64,000 bases of DNA from Rhodospirillaceae bacterium (GCA_011522725.1 WTIL01000081.1:2259-66258), one strand, 5' to 3'; counted from the stretch's first letter, positions 39,251 to 50,648 are shown. The notes: generated by a model from the letters alone, not told the origin. Numbers and translations: made by a program.

Positions 39251-41533
39251 TCAGCGTGATCGGCGCGTCTTTCCCGACTTCTTGCCTCCTCTGGCGCCTG
39301 TCTTTCCTCTGGCCTTTGCCTTGGCTCCGCGCTTTGCCTTGCCAGCGCCCGCTGTTGCCTTGCGAGGCTTGCCGCGCCCGCTGCGCTTTGCGGTGCCGCC
39401 GCCATCGACATATGACAGCAGAATGCCGCCATTGACCGGGGTGACATCAACGACCAGGACATCAACGGCATCACCAATTCCCAGCGCCATGCCGTTATGG
39501 CGTCCGACCATGCGCATGCCGGACTTGTCCAGCGTGTAGTAGTCATCGGGCAGGGTGCGCGCCGGCAGGAAGCCGTCGGCCGCCCCGTCGCCAAGGCTGA
39601 CAAAGGCGCCCGCGCCCGTCACACCGGCGACAACGCCCTTTACGACCTTGCCCTGCTGGCCGGCGAACAGGGCGGCGGCGAACCTGTCAATGGTGCGACG
39701 CTCGGCCGCTGCGGCGCGCCCCTCGGTTTCCGAGATATGGGTGCAGTCATCGACGAGGTCGAAAGCCTGCCGGCCGCCGAGCCCGTCGCGCGGCGCGCTG
39801 CCGGGTGAGAGCATGTCGACCAGTGCGCGGTGCACCAGAAGATCCGCATAGCGCCTGATTGGCGAGGTGAAATGCGCATAGTGCCTGAGCGCCAGCCCGA
39901 AATGCCCGAGATTGTCGATGCTGTAGACAGCCTTGGCCTGGCTCCGCAGAACGGCTTCATTCACCATCTTTTCGTCGGCGCTGTCGCGGACATGCGCGAG
40001 GATGGCGTTGAAATGGTGCGGGCGCAGTACCTGGCCGCGCGCAAGGCGGGTGCCGACCGCATCTGCAAGGTCGCGAAGCCCTTCGGTCTTTTCCGGGTCG
40101 GGCTGGTCATGGACGCGAAAGACGCAAGGCCGCTGTGCCTTGATCAGCGCCTCGGCGGCGGCGACATTCGCCGCGATCATGTAATCCTCGATCAGGCGCT
40201 GGGATTCCGATTGCGCGCGCTGGACGATGGCGGCCGGAGCGCCGTCGTCATCAAGCACCACGCGCCGTTCTTTCAGGTTCAGGGCAAGCGGCTCGCGCGC
40301 GGCACGGGCCCTGCCAAGCGCGTCCCATGCGCCAAACAGGTTGGTCAGGATGGCTTCATCCAGTTCCAGCTCTCCGGCAGTCATGCCGCCTTCATGCCAG
40401 GCCTGAACCTTGTCATAGGTCAGCCGCGCGGCCGAGCGGATCAGCGCACGCTCGAAGCTGTGCGAAGTGACATCGCCGTCCTCGTCCATGGTGATAATGG
40501 CGACCATGGCGGCGCGCGGCTCGTTCGGGCGCAACGAACACAGGTCGTTCGACAGCGCTTCGGGAAGCATCGGCACGACGCGGTCTGGCAGATAGACCGA
40601 GTTGCCGCGTTTCCGTGCCTCGGCATCGAGCGCCGAGCCCGGGCGCACATAATGCGAGACATCGGCGATCGCCACACGGATTTCCCAGCCGCCGCCTTCC
40701 AGCGGTGTGGCAAGAACGGCATCGTCGAAATCGCGGGCATCGGCGCCGTCGATGGTCACGAAGGGCAGCGCGCGCATGTCGTTGCGCCCCTTCGCCGGCG
40801 GAACCTTCAGCCCGTCGGTTTCGGCGATGGTTTGCGCGTCAAACACATGTGGAATGTCATTCTCGGCAATGGCCAGCGCGCTGAAGGCGCCAGGAGAGCC
40901 GGCGGGCCCCAGATTGTCGATGACGCGCGCCGTCTTGCCCAGATGGCCGCGCCGCGGCAGCAATTCGGCTTCAACGAGGTCACCCTCGGCAAAGGGGATA
41001 TCACCGCCGGTCTGAAGTGTGATGGTGTCGCGTCCGCCACGTGCAGCCTGCTGCAGGATCAGGCCGCCGCGCCCGCCAATCGCAGTCCCGAACAGGCGCT
41101 GCTGCATGCTGTCGAGAATGCGGATGATCTTCGCCTCATAGCGCGCGCCGCTGATCCGGCGCAGACGCGCCAGAACCTGCTGCCCGACCCGCGGGGCGCG
41201 GCCGCCGCGCTTGTCGGGGAAAACCCTGATGGATGGCGGGGCGCCGGCGACCTCCAGCGCGGGAACGGCAAGCAGGGTGCCGTCGCGGTCGACGCGGCGG
41301 ACGATCAGGACGGTGACTTCGGGAAGCTGGTCGGGGCTGGCGAGCTTGCGCCCTCCCTGACGGGCGATGGCGCCGCGGTCGGCAAGGTCACGCAACCGGC
41401 GCCGCAGCGGCGCGCGCAGTTCCTGCGGCAGCTTGAAGGCTCTTGCCACATCCTTGACCGTTGGCGGGGCTTCGCACCCGTCGATGAATTCGAGAATGGC
41501 GTCGTCCGACGGAAGGCCGTCTTCCCCGCTCAC
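39251..41533 (-). CDS. rnr: Ribonuclease R
   Basis: TIDGADARDFDDA, AIADVSHYV, YAHFTSPIRRYADLLVHR, S1 domain, basic tail. Confidence 0.95.
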   Translation of the reverse strand: MSGEDGLPSDDAILEFIDGCEAPPTVKDVARAFKLPQELRAPLRRRLRDLADRGAIARQGGRKLASPDQLPEVTVLIVRRVDRDGTLLAVPALEVAGAPPSIRVFPDKRGGRAPRVGQQVLARLRRISGARYEAKIIRILDSMQQRLFGTAIGGRGGLILQQAARGGRDTITLQTGGDIPFAEGDLVEAELLPRRGHLGKTARVIDNLGPAGSPGAFSALAIAENDIPHVFDAQTIAETDGLKVPPAKGRNDMRALPFVTIDGADARDFDDAVLATPLEGGGWEIRVAIADVSHYVRPGSALDAEARKRGNSVYLPDRVVPMLPEALSNDLCSLRPNEPRAAMVAIITMDEDGDVTSHSFERALIRSAARLTYDKVQAWHEGGMTAGELELDEAILTNLFGAWDALGRARAAREPLALNLKERRVVLDDDGAPAAIVQRAQSESQRLIEDYMIAANVAAAEALIKAQRPCVFRVHDQPDPEKTEGLRDLADAVGTRLARGQVLRPHHFNAILAHVRDSADEKMVNEAVLRSQAKAVYSIDNLGHFGLALRHYAHFTSPIRRYADLLVHRALVDMLSPGSAPRDGLGGRQAFDLVDDCTHISETEGRAAAAERRTIDRFAAALFAGQQGKVVKGVVAGVTGAGAFVSLGDGAADGFLPARTLPDDYYTLDKSGMRMVGRHNGMALGIGDAVDVLVVDVTPVNGGILLSYVDGGGTAKRSGRGKPRKATAGAGKAKRGAKAKARGKTGARGGKKSGKTRRSR

Positions 41534-44139
41534 GAAGCTGCCTTTTTCTTGGCAGCTTTCTTCGCCGCACCCTTTTTGGCAGCAGCCTTCTTTTTCGCAG
41601 TGCCCTTCTTTGCGGCGCCCTTTTTCGCGGTGCCGCCGCCCTTGGCGGCCTTGGCGGCGAGAAGTTCGATGGCCTGCGGCAGTTCCACTTCGGTCATGTC
41701 GGTGCCGCGCGGCAAGGTTGCACGCAGCTTGTTGTGCTCGACATAGGGGCCGAACCGGCCGGCTTTCAGATGTACTTCGCCGCCGGACGGATGCTCGCCG
41801 AGAAGGCGGCCCCGCTTCTTGGCGGATTCGGCAAGAAGATCGACGGCCCGGTTCAGGCCGATCTCGAGAAGATCGTCACCGTCCTTCAGGCTGGTGAAAC
41901 TTCCCTGATATTTCAGATAGGGCCCGTAGCGGCCGAGGCCTGCCTGGATCATGTCGCCCGATTCCGGGTGCGCGCCGACATCGCGCGGCAACGACAGCAG
42001 CTTCAGCGCCGTTTCCAGATCGACCCCGCCGGCCGAGGTGCCTTTTGGAAGCGAAGACCGTTTCGGTTTTTTCGTTTCCGGATCGCCGAGCTGAACATAG
42101 GGGCCATAGGGACCGTTGCGGATATAGACGGGAAGGCCGCTGGCCTGATCGTCGCCAAGATGGCGGTCGCCGACAACACCCTCTTCTGAGGCGGGATCGT
42201 CACTGCTCGTCACAAGCTGGCGGGTAAACTTGCACTCAGGGTAGTTGGAGCAGCCGATGAAGGCGCCGAACTTGCCGAGCCTGAGGCCGAGGCGGCCGCC
42301 CTGGCAGTTCGGGCAGCTGCGCATCAGTTCGCCCTGATCGTCCTTCTTGAAGAAGTGGCCGCCGAGTTCCTCGTCGAGGACATCGATGACATTGGTGATC
42401 GTCAGTTCCGTGGTGCTGTCGATCGCCGTCTTGAAGTCGCGCCAGAAACGCTCCAGCAGGACCTTCCAGTCCAGTTTTCCGTCGGACACCTCGTCGAGCT
42501 GCCCCTCGAGCTTTGCCGTGAAATCATATTCGACATAGCGGGCGAAGAAATTGTTCAGGAAGCTGACGACAAGCCGGCCCCGGTCCTCGGGGATGAACTT
42601 GCCGCGGTCCTTGACGACATAGGTCCGGTCCTGAAGCACCTGAATGATCGAGGCATAGGTCGAAGGCCGGCCGATGCCGAGCTCCTCCATCGCCTTGACC
42701 AGGCTGGCATCGGTGAAACGCGGTGGCGGTTGGGTGAAATGCTGTTCAGGCTTCACCTTGCGGGTCGCGAGCCGCTCACCCTTGTCCACTGCGGGAAGGA
42801 TGGCGCTGTCATCCTGCTTGTCGGTCTCGACGGCATCGGATGTGGAATCACGCCCTTCCTGATAGACCGAGCGGTAGCCGTCGAACACGACGACTCGGCC
42901 GCTCGCGCGCAGCATGACGCTCTGCGATGCGTTGCTGATATCGATGGCCGTCTGGTCGAGCTCGGCGGATTCCATCTGGCTGGCGATGGTGCGCTTCCAG
43001 ATCAGGTCATAGAGGCGCTGCTGGTCATAATCGAGATAGCTGCTGATTTCCTGCGGCGCGCGGCTGATATCGGTCGGGCGAATGGCCTCGTGGGCTTCCT
43101 GCGCGTTGGCGGCCGCTGTGCGATAGATACGCGGGCTGTTCGGCAGGTACCTGTTGCCGAAACGCTGGCCGATCTCGCCGCGTACCGAGGCCAGCGCCTC
43201 GCTGCCGAGCTGCACGCCGTCGGTCCGCATATAGGTGATGAGGCCGGTCGTCTCCGACCCGATATTCACGCCCTCATAAAGCTTCTGGGCGATCTGCATG
43301 GTCCGGCTGGCAGAAAATCCCAGCTTGCGGGACGCTTCCTGCTGCAGGGTCGATGTGGTGAAGGGCGGTTTCGGATTCTCGCGAATGCGCTTGGTCTGAA
43401 TATCGACGACGCTGAGCCCCTCGGCCTCGATGGCCGCGGCGGCGGCAAATGCCTCGGTCTCCGAATTGATGTCCAGCTTGCCGAGCTTCTTGCCATTGAG
43501 ATGCGTCAGCCTTGCATTGAAATTGCGCCCGTCGGCCTTGCCGAGTTCGGCCTCGACCGTCCAGTATTCCTGAGCGACAAATGCCTCGATGGCGGCCTCG
43601 CGCTCGCAGATCAGGCGCAGCGCCACCGACTGGACGCGCCCGGCGGACCGTGCGCCGGGCAGCTTGCGCCACAACACCGGCGAGATCGAGAAACCGACAA
43701 GGTAGTCGAGCGCGCGACGCGCCCTGTAGGCGTCGATCAGCTCGGTATCCAGTTCGCGCGGCTGCGCCATGGCGGCGAGGATGGCGTTTTTGGTAACTTC
43801 GTTGAAGACGACGCGCTCGACAGGCTTGTCCTTGACCAGCCCGCGATCCTGCAGCAGTTCGAGGACATGCCAGCTGATCGCCTCGCCTTCGCGGTCGGGG
43901 TCGGTGGCGAGGATCAGCCGGTCGGCCGATTTCAGCGCCGAGGAGATTTCGCCAATGCGCTTTTCCGAGCCGCCGGACACCTGCCATTTCATGGCAAAAT
44001 CCTCGTCCGGCAGGACCGAACCGTCCTTGCTCGGCAGGTCGCAAACATGCCCGTAAGACGCCAATACCTTGTAGTCGTCACCAAGGTAACGGTTGATGGT
44101 CTTGGCTTTTGCGGGTGATTCTACGATTACGAGTTTCAT
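41530..44139 (-). CDS. topA: DNA topoisomerase I
   Basis: VIVESPAKAKTI, ATDPDREGE, SAGRVQS, ITYMRTD, Zn ribbon, Lys/Ala tail. Confidence 0.98.
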   Translation of the reverse strand: MKLVIVESPAKAKTINRYLGDDYKVLASYGHVCDLPSKDGSVLPDEDFAMKWQVSGGSEKRIGEISSALKSADRLILATDPDREGEAISWHVLELLQDRGLVKDKPVERVVFNEVTKNAILAAMAQPRELDTELIDAYRARRALDYLVGFSISPVLWRKLPGARSAGRVQSVALRLICEREAAIEAFVAQEYWTVEAELGKADGRNFNARLTHLNGKKLGKLDINSETEAFAAAAAIEAEGLSVVDIQTKRIRENPKPPFTTSTLQQEASRKLGFSASRTMQIAQKLYEGVNIGSETTGLITYMRTDGVQLGSEALASVRGEIGQRFGNRYLPNSPRIYRTAAANAQEAHEAIRPTDISRAPQEISSYLDYDQQRLYDLIWKRTIASQMESAELDQTAIDISNASQSVMLRASGRVVVFDGYRSVYQEGRDSTSDAVETDKQDDSAILPAVDKGERLATRKVKPEQHFTQPPPRFTDASLVKAMEELGIGRPSTYASIIQVLQDRTYVVKDRGKFIPEDRGRLVVSFLNNFFARYVEYDFTAKLEGQLDEVSDGKLDWKVLLERFWRDFKTAIDSTTELTITNVIDVLDEELGGHFFKKDDQGELMRSCPNCQGGRLGLRLGKFGAFIGCSNYPECKFTRQLVTSSDDPASEEGVVGDRHLGDDQASGLPVYIRNGPYGPYVQLGDPETKKPKRSSLPKGTSAGGVDLETALKLLSLPRDVGAHPESGDMIQAGLGRYGPYLKYQGSFTSLKDGDDLLEIGLNRAVDLLAESAKKRGRLLGEHPSGGEVHLKAGRFGPYVEHNKLRATLPRGTDMTEVELPQAIELLAAKAAKGGGTAKKGAAKKGTAKKKAAAKKGAAKKAAKKKAAS

Positions 44140-44165
44140 GGCCGTCCTGCTGTGGCTGAAACCCG

Positions 44166-44194
44166 CAGATAGTATGTTCGCCGGAATTTGTCAA
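44166..44194 (-). promoter_or_regulatory. Candidate sigma70 promoter of topA
   Basis: Minus strand TTGACA-17 nt-TATCTG. Confidence 0.55.
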
Positions 44195-44220
44195 AGCCTC
44201 ACCTTTTGGCGATGGGCGGT

Positions 44221-45318
44221 TCAGCGGATAACGACAAGGCAGATACGGTTGCCGTGGTGGCGGGTCAGCCGGCCGGCGATTTCCAGCTCGAGGATAGCGG
44301 CCAGCACCGTTGAGGCCGGCATGCCGCACCAGCGGATCACCTCGTCGATATCGGTGCCCTCCGGGCCAAGTCCCTCGAGAATGGCGCTTCGGCACCGGTC
44401 GATCTCCTCCGGCTTGCCCGGAGCGAGCCTCGCCTGCCGCCAGTCGGCCGGATCGGGCAAGGTGGCGGCAGCGGGACGGGCAAGGCATTCGAGAAAATCG
44501 CCGGCACCGCGAACAAGTGTCGCCCCCTCGCGGATCAGGTGGTTGCAACCCTGCGACCGCGGGTCGAGGGGCGAGCCGGGGATCGCCATCACCTCGCCGC
44601 CGCGCTCGCCGGCTTCGCGCGCCGTGATCAGCGAGCCGCTGCGTTCCGCTGCCTCGACCACCACGACGCCAAGCGCGAGGGCGCCGATGATCCGGTTGCG
44701 GATCGGGAAATGGCGCGGCGTCGGCTGGGTGCCCGGCGGCATTTCGGCAACCAGAAGTCCGGTTTGTGCGATGCTCTCGTGAAGGTCGGCATTTTCCGGG
44801 GGATATATAATGTCTATCCCGCCGGCGATCACCGCCACTGTTCCGCCGGCCAGCGCGCCGTTATGCGCCGCGGCATCAATCCCGCGGGCAAGGCCCGATA
44901 CGATGACATAGCCTTCAGCCGCAAGGTCCTCGGCAAGCGATTGTGCCAGCCGCTGTGCGTTGATCGAGGCGTTTCGCGCGCCGACGATTCCGACCGATGG
45001 CCGTGACAACAGATGCGGCGAACCACGCACCGACAGGACGGGCGGTGCGTCGTCGAATTGTGCAAGGCGCGCCGGATAATCGCCTGCGCCTTTGAACAGC
45101 AGGCTGGCGCCGGCATCCTCGTTGGCCTGCAGTTCTGCTTCGGCAAGGGCGCGGCCGGCAGGTTTCAGGCTGCGTCCACCACGCTTCGCCAGTTCGGGAA
45201 CGGCGCGCAGGGCTTCAATCGCGCTGCCATACCGCTGCAACAGCAGGCTGAATGTCATGGGGCCGATATTCGGTGTGCGGATCAGCCGGAGACAGGCAAG
45301 TTTTTCCTCGCGGTCCAT
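44221..45318 (-). CDS. dprA: DNA-processing protein DprA
   Basis: VGARNAS, VSGLARGID, YPPEN, FPIRNRII, VVEAAERSGSLITA, GSPLDPRSQGCN. Confidence 0.96.
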   Translation of the reverse strand: MDREEKLACLRLIRTPNIGPMTFSLLLQRYGSAIEALRAVPELAKRGGRSLKPAGRALAEAELQANEDAGASLLFKGAGDYPARLAQFDDAPPVLSVRGSPHLLSRPSVGIVGARNASINAQRLAQSLAEDLAAEGYVIVSGLARGIDAAAHNGALAGGTVAVIAGGIDIIYPPENADLHESIAQTGLLVAEMPPGTQPTPRHFPIRNRIIGALALGVVVVEAAERSGSLITAREAGERGGEVMAIPGSPLDPRSQGCNHLIREGATLVRGAGDFLECLARPAAATLPDPADWRQARLAPGKPEEIDRCRSAILEGLGPEGTDIDEVIRWCGMPASTVLAAILELEIAGRLTRHHGNRICLVVIR

Positions 45319-45341
45319 CCAGCCTGTATAGGGGAATAGTC

Positions 45342-45357
45342 TGAAGAAACGGTTAAC
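45342..45357. promoter_or_regulatory. CtrA-like binding site upstream of dprA
   Basis: TGAA-N7-TTAAC, one mismatch to TTAA-N7-TTAAC, 24 nt upstream of the dprA start. Confidence 0.4.
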
Positions 45358-45391
45358 GCTTTCGGATCATCAGAAAGGTCAGGGCGCCGGA

Positions 45392-45988
45392 TCACTTCTT
45401 CCCGATGCGGCTTTCCTGTCCGGTCAGCAACCGGCCGATATTTTCATGGTGCCGGGTCCAGCTGATGCCGCTCATGATGATGACGGCACCGGCAACCGGC
45501 ATCGGCAACTGCAGCCAGACAGAGGCGACGCTGCACCCCATGGTCGCCACCAGCGCGGCGAGGGACGAATAGCGGGTGGCTGTCGCCGTCCCGAGCCATA
45601 GGATGACAAACACGATCCCGAGGCGGATGTCGAAGGCGGCGAAGGTCGCGACGCAGGTGGCAACACCCTTTCCGCCACGGAATTTCAACCAGACCGGGAA
45701 GCAATGCCCGACCACCGCCATCAGTCCGGCAACGCCGATGGCAAGCGCGTCCCCGCCAAGAGAAGCGGTTGCCAGCACCACGGCCGCGCCCTTGCCGCCG
45801 TCGAGTAACAGGGTTGCGAAGGCGAGGCCCTTGCTGCCGGTGCGCAGCACGTTGGTCGCACCGATATTGCCGCTGCCGATGGCGCGGATGTCACCCTTGC
45901 CGCCCAGCCGCGTGACCAGCAGTCCGAACGGGATGGACCCGGCCAGATAGGCAAATGCAGCGATGACAAGAATGTCCGGCCCGACCAT
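45392..45988 (-). CDS. plsY: Glycerol-3-phosphate acyltransferase
   Basis: YLAGSIPFG, GSGNIGATN, FRGGKGVAT, RHHENI.RL..G.E; start at MVGPD. Confidence 0.96.
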   Translation of the reverse strand: MVGPDILVIAAFAYLAGSIPFGLLVTRLGGKGDIRAIGSGNIGATNVLRTGSKGLAFATLLLDGGKGAAVVLATASLGGDALAIGVAGLMAVVGHCFPVWLKFRGGKGVATCVATFAAFDIRLGIVFVILWLGTATATRYSSLAALVATMGCSVASVWLQLPMPVAGAVIIMSGISWTRHHENIGRLLTGQESRIGKK

Positions 45989-45993
45989 GGCGA

Positions 45994-47286
45994 CTAGCTC
46001 CGGGTGAAGACCGGCATGCCGCCGACCCAGCTCGACCGGACACGCCCCTGGACAGGAAGGCCCTCGAACGGGGTGATCCGAGAATTCGAGGCGAAGTCTG
46101 CGGCTCTGACAACCCAGCTTGCGCTCGGGTCGAACAGCACGAGATCGGCGGCCGCCCCCTCGATCAGCGCGCCGCCGTCGATATCGAGGATCGATGCCGG
46201 GGCGAGGCTCAGGCATTCCATGGCGCGGAGCATGCTGATCCGCTCGCGGTGGACAAGCGACAGGGCGAGTGCCAGAAGCGTGTCGATTCCCGACGCGCCA
46301 GGCTGGGCCGGCCCGAATGGCTGCGCCTTGGCGTCGCCATCGACCGCGATATGGTCAGAGGCAATGGCGTCGATGGTGCCGTCGGCAATGCCCTCGATGA
46401 TGGCCTCGCGGTCATCCTCCGAGCGAAGCGGCGGCGCCAGCTTGAAGGCGGTGTCATAGGTGCTGACCGACAGTTCGTTCAGCATGAAATAGGGCGGTGC
46501 GGTATCGGCGGTGACGGCGAGTCCCTCATCCTTGGCGCGGCGGATCGAGTCCACCGCGTCGCGGGTGGAGATGTGCGCGGCGTGGTAGCGCGCGCCGGTC
46601 ATCCTGACGAGGTGAAGGTCGCGGTCGATGATCATCGCCTCGGCAGCGGCGGGGGCGCCGATCAGGCCCAGCCGCGTCGAGGTCTCGCTCTCGTTCATCT
46701 CGCTTCCGGCCGTCAGCGCGTGATCCTCGCAATGCTGCACAAGCGGCTTGTCGAGCATGCCGCAATAGGACAGCAGGCGGCGCATCACAAGGCTGTCCAT
46801 GATGGTTCGGGTGCCGTTGGCAAATCCGACGGCACCGGCCTCCGCCATCATGCCGAGCTCGGCCATGGCCTTGCCCTGGAGGCCGGTTGTCGCGGCGCCG
46901 TACAGGAACAGGCGCGCCCCGTCGATGCGGGTGGCGCGAAGGCTCAGGGAATCGATCATGCTGGCATCATCGATCACCGGCCTGGCGTCGGGCAGCGCGA
47001 CAATGCTGGTGATGCCCCCTGCCGCTGCGGCGTGAAGAAGTGTCGCCAGATCCTCAAGATGCTCGGCCCCCGGGTCGGATGTCTGCACGCGCATGTCGAC
47101 GAGGCCCGGGGCAAGGCACGCGCCGCCGCAATCAACGCTCTGCGCGACCGCCTTCATGCTCGCCTTGTCCGGCTCGCCTGTGCCGGCAGCCGTGATCACC
47201 CCGTCGGTGACGGCGATGTGGCCCGTTGCATCAATGCCGCGCGCCGGATCAATGAGCCGGGCATTGTGGAGGAGCAGATCGGTCAT
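45994..47286 (-). CDS. pyrC: Dihydroorotase-like protein, probably the inactive PyrC' subunit of ATCase
   Basis: Amidohydrolase fold (AAGGIT, HCED, AHIST, PPLR, ASDH) but HxH replaced by DMRVQ; coupled to pyrB. Confidence 0.85.
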   Translation of the reverse strand: MTDLLLHNARLIDPARGIDATGHIAVTDGVITAAGTGEPDKASMKAVAQSVDCGGACLAPGLVDMRVQTSDPGAEHLEDLATLLHAAAAGGITSIVALPDARPVIDDASMIDSLSLRATRIDGARLFLYGAATTGLQGKAMAELGMMAEAGAVGFANGTRTIMDSLVMRRLLSYCGMLDKPLVQHCEDHALTAGSEMNESETSTRLGLIGAPAAAEAMIIDRDLHLVRMTGARYHAAHISTRDAVDSIRRAKDEGLAVTADTAPPYFMLNELSVSTYDTAFKLAPPLRSEDDREAIIEGIADGTIDAIASDHIAVDGDAKAQPFGPAQPGASGIDTLLALALSLVHRERISMLRAMECLSLAPASILDIDGGALIEGAAADLVLFDPSASWVVRAADFASNSRITPFEGLPVQGRVRSSWVGGMPVFTRS

Positions 47287-48293
47287 GCTGCACCTTCCTT
47301 GGTGGCCAGCGCTTCCAGACAGGCCATGCGCGCGGCGACGCCGATTTCGACCTGGGTCCGGATCAGGCTTTTCTCCACATCGTCGGCTGTGGCGGAATCG
47401 ATCTCGACGCCGCGGTTCATCGGCCCCGGATGCATGATCAGCGCGTCCGGCGCGGCGCGCATCAGCTTGCGGCGGTCGAGCCCGAACATATTGAAATATT
47501 CACGCTGCGAGGGTGTCTCCGTGCCTTCCATCCGCTCGGTCTGCAGGCGCAGCATCATCACGATATCCACCCCTTCGATCCCCTGTTCGAGATTGGTGTG
47601 GATTTCGACCCCCATCGCATCGACGGCGTCGGGAAGCAGCGTGGCCGGGCAGACCAGCCGGATTTCGGCGCCGAGTGTCGACAGCAGATGAATGTTGGAG
47701 CGGGCCACGCGGCTGTTGGCGATATCGCCGCAGATGGCGATCTTCAGCCCCTCGATCCGGCCGACGCGGCGTTTGATCGTCAGTGCGTCGAGAAGCGCCT
47801 GGGTCGGATGCTCGTGCCTGCCGTCACCGGCATTGATCACGGCAGCGTCGACATGCTGGCTCAGAAGCTGCGCGGCACCCGAACAATTATGCCTGACAAC
47901 CAGTATATGCGGATGCATTGCGTTCAGCGTCGTCGCCGTGTCGAGCAGCGTCTCGCCCTTTTTCACCGATGACCCGGCAACATTGATGTTGAGCACCGAC
48001 CCGCCGAGGTTCTTGGCCGCCAGTTCAAAGGACACGCGGGTGCGGGTGGAGTTTTCGAAAAACAGTTTGAGAACGGTGCGCCCCTTGAGCACCTCCGACA
48101 GGGGCGGCGTAATCGGCTGCTCTTCCTGTATGAGGTCGGCGAACATGTCGCCGCGGTCGATGAGGGCATTGATCTCGAGAGGATTGAGCCCCTCGATGCC
48201 AAGAAGATGCTTCGAGGCCAGCCGGGCCGGCGGGGCTGGCGTCGTGGCCAGCGTGGCGGTGTTTCTGGACCCGCTGTCGCTCTGCTTTGTCAT
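47283..48293 (-). CDS. pyrB: Aspartate carbamoyltransferase catalytic subunit
   Basis: [37 protein letters not shown]; start at MTKQ. Confidence 0.97.
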   Translation of the reverse strand: MTKQSDSGSRNTATLATTPAPPARLASKHLLGIEGLNPLEINALIDRGDMFADLIQEEQPITPPLSEVLKGRTVLKLFFENSTRTRVSFELAAKNLGGSVLNINVAGSSVKKGETLLDTATTLNAMHPHILVVRHNCSGAAQLLSQHVDAAVINAGDGRHEHPTQALLDALTIKRRVGRIEGLKIAICGDIANSRVARSNIHLLSTLGAEIRLVCPATLLPDAVDAMGVEIHTNLEQGIEGVDIVMMLRLQTERMEGTETPSQREYFNMFGLDRRKLMRAAPDALIMHPGPMNRGVEIDSATADDVEKSLIRTQVEIGVAARMACLEALATKEGAA

Positions 48294-48339
48294 GAAAATC
48301 AGCTTATATGCCGGAGGCATAACCGCCGTCCAGCGGAAA

Positions 48340-48825
48340 TCACGCCCGGTCGCTGTCTTCCACAGCGGCGTCCAGCCTGTCCAGCGCCGACTGCAGGATC
48401 CAGGCAGCCGCGAGCGCATCGCGGCGTTCAGCACGCCTTGCGCGTGTCATGTCGGCGGCAAGCATTGCCGATTCCACCGCCTGGGTGGACAGCCGTTCGT
48501 CCTGAAAGGCGATGGGAAGATCGCGCATCCGGAGCAGGGCATGGGCGAAATCACGTGTGGCATCACATCGCGGCCCCTCGCTGCCATCCATATTGACCGG
48601 CCAGCCAATGACGAGCCCGCCCACATTCTCGGCATCCGCCAGCGCGAACATCGCTTCGGCATCGGGCGTGAATTTCTTGCGCCACAGGATTTTCAGGGGG
48701 CTGGCCACGACCAGCGCCGCATCGGAAATGGCGAGGCCGATCGTCTTCTTTCCGACGTCGAGTCCGAGGAGCCGCCGCCCTCCGGAAAGGGCTGTCGGCA
48801 TATCGTTTAGCTTGCAGATCGCCAT
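48340..48825 (-). CDS. ruvX: YqgF/RuvX family nuclease
   Basis: [41 protein letters not shown]. Confidence 0.93.
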   Translation of the reverse strand: MAICKLNDMPTALSGGRRLLGLDVGKKTIGLAISDAALVVASPLKILWRKKFTPDAEAMFALADAENVGGLVIGWPVNMDGSEGPRCDATRDFAHALLRMRDLPIAFQDERLSTQAVESAMLAADMTRARRAERRDALAAAWILQSALDRLDAAVEDSDRA

Positions 48826-48879
48826 GCGCGGTGATATTCGCATCCTTGATTTCTCTGCAACAGGAAAAAGCACAGCATC

Positions 48880-49167
48880 ATGTCGGTTGACAAGGCCACC
48901 GTTGCCCGGATCGCCCGCCTTGCGCGGATCAATGTTCCCGAGGACAGGCAGGAACAGCTCGTCGGCGAGCTGAACGGCATCCTCGACTGGATCGCCGAAC
49001 TCGACGAGGTCGACACCGGCGCTGTCGAACCGCTTGCCAGTGTGACCGGCCATGGCCTGCCGCGCCGCAGCGACGAAGTGACGGACGGCAACCGGGTGGA
49101 CGAGGTGCTGGCGAATGTGCCGGAGACCGCCGGTGGATTTTTCGTTGTGCCGAAGGTGGTTGAATAA
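48880..49167 (+). CDS. gatC: Asp/Glu-tRNA amidotransferase subunit C
   Basis: [26 protein letters not shown]. Confidence 0.97.
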   Translation: MSVDKATVARIARLARINVPEDRQEQLVGELNGILDWIAELDEVDTGAVEPLASVTGHGLPRRSDEVTDGNRVDEVLANVPETAGGFFVVPKVVE

Positions 49168-50648
49168 TGGCTGACCTGCTGTCCCTGAGCGCCGTAGAGG
49201 CGCGCGCCGCGCTGGATGCCGGCGAGGTGTCCGCCCCGGAACTGACTGGCGCCTATCTGGCCGCCATCGAGGAAACCGGCGCGCTGAACAATTATGTGGC
49301 CGTCACCGCCGACAAGGCGATGGAGATGGCCGAAGCATCGCAGGCCAGGATCAAGGCCGGCGAGGCCGGTCTGATCGAGGGCATTCCCGTCGGAGTGAAG
49401 GACCTGTTCTGCACTGCCGGTGTGGCCAGCACCGCCTGCTCGAAAATCCTCGAGGGTTTCACCCCGACCTATGAAAGCACCGTCACCGCCAACCTGTGGC
49501 GCGAAGGCGGTGTCATGCTCGGCAAGATCAATTGCGACGAATTCGCCATGGGTTCGGCGAACGAGACCAGCGCCTTCGGGCCGGCGGTCAATCCGTGGCA
49601 GGCCGCCGACGGCGCCGATCTTGTGCCGGGCGGGTCATCCGGTGGCTCGGCTTCGGCCGTGGCGGCGCGTTCCGCGCTGCTGGCGACCGGCACCGATACC
49701 GGCGGGTCGATCCGCCAGCCCGCCGCCTTCTGCGGCGTTGTCGGCATGAAGCCCACCTATGGCCGTTGTTCACGCTGGGGCATCGTCGCTTTCGCCAGTT
49801 CGCTCGACCAGGCCGGCCCGTTCAGCCGCACAGTCGCCGACAACGCGCTGATGATGCAGGCCATGGCGAGTCATGACCTCAAGGATTCTACCTCGGCCGA
49901 CACGCCGCTTCCCGACCTGATGGCGGCACTCGACAAGGGTGTGAAGGGCATGAAGATCGGCGTGCCGTCCGAATATGTGATGGACGGCATGGACAGCGAG
50001 GTGGTCGCGCTGTGGGAGAAGGGGCAGGCATGGCTTCGCGATGCCGGCGCCGAGCTTGTCGAGATCTCGCTTCCGCACACGAAATACGCGCTTCCCGCCT
50101 ATTACATCATCGCGCCTGCCGAGGCATCGTCGAACCTCGCCCGCTATGACGGTGTCCGTTACGGGCTGCGCGTCGAGGCCGACTCGCTCGACGACATGTA
50201 TGGCGAGACCCGCGCCGCCGGGTTCGGTGACGAGGTGCAGCGCCGCATCATGATCGGCACCTACGTCCTGTCGGCAGGCTATTACGACGCCTATTACCTG
50301 AAGGCGCAGAAGGTGCGCCGGCTGATCAAGCAGGATTTCGACACCGCCTATGAAACCGTCGACGCCATCCTGACTCCGGCGACGCCGACGGCGGCCTTCC
50401 CGGTCGGCCGCAAGGTGGACGATCCGGTGACCAACTTCCTGAACGACGTGTTCACCGTTCCGGCGAACCTCGCAGGTCTTCCGGGCATGGCGGTTCCGGC
50501 CGGGCTGAATGCCGACGGCCTGCCGCTTGGGCTGCAGATCCTGGGCCGTCCGTTCGATGAAGCCACACTCTACAGCATCGGCCGCGTGATCGAGGATGCG
50601 GCCGCGTTCGATGCGGTGCCGTCGCGCCGCGCGGGAGGTGCATCATGA
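49167..50648 (+). CDS. gatA: Asp/Glu-tRNA amidotransferase subunit A
   Basis: Amidase signature [32 protein letters not shown]. Confidence 0.98.
   Translation: MADLLSLSAVEARAALDAGEVSAPELTGAYLAAIEETGALNNYVAVTADKAMEMAEASQARIKAGEAGLIEGIPVGVKDLFCTAGVASTACSKILEGFTPTYESTVTANLWREGGVMLGKINCDEFAMGSANETSAFGPAVNPWQAADGADLVPGGSSGGSASAVAARSALLATGTDTGGSIRQPAAFCGVVGMKPTYGRCSRWGIVAFASSLDQAGPFSRTVADNALMMQAMASHDLKDSTSADTPLPDLMAALDKGVKGMKIGVPSEYVMDGMDSEVVALWEKGQAWLRDAGAELVEISLPHTKYALPAYYIIAPAEASSNLARYDGVRYGLRVEADSLDDMYGETRAAGFGDEVQRRIMIGTYVLSAGYYDAYYLKAQKVRRLIKQDFDTAYETVDAILTPATPTAAFPVGRKVDDPVTNFLNDVFTVPANLAGLPGMAVPAGLNADGLPLGLQILGRPFDEATLYSIGRVIEDAAAFDAVPSRRAGGAS

Noticed and set aside
38944-39603. 219-aa minus-strand and 172-aa plus-strand ORFs over the rnr-ROK gap
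   Set aside because: Explained by rpmG (38991..39158) and the rnr 3' end in other frames
41540-41660. Short tandem-like repeats (KKGAAK/KKAAAK) at the topA 3' end, and similar repeats at the rnr 3' end
   Set aside because: Coding low-complexity basic tails common in alphaproteobacterial TopA and RNase R; not CRISPR or a mobile repeat
39830-44118. Very long plus-strand ORFs (638 and 587 aa) opposite rnr and topA
   Set aside because: Antisense shadows caused by high-GC codon bias; no motifs or RBS. The same applies to 12560..14245, 18129..19628, 34800..36413, 46249..47691 and 55353..56828
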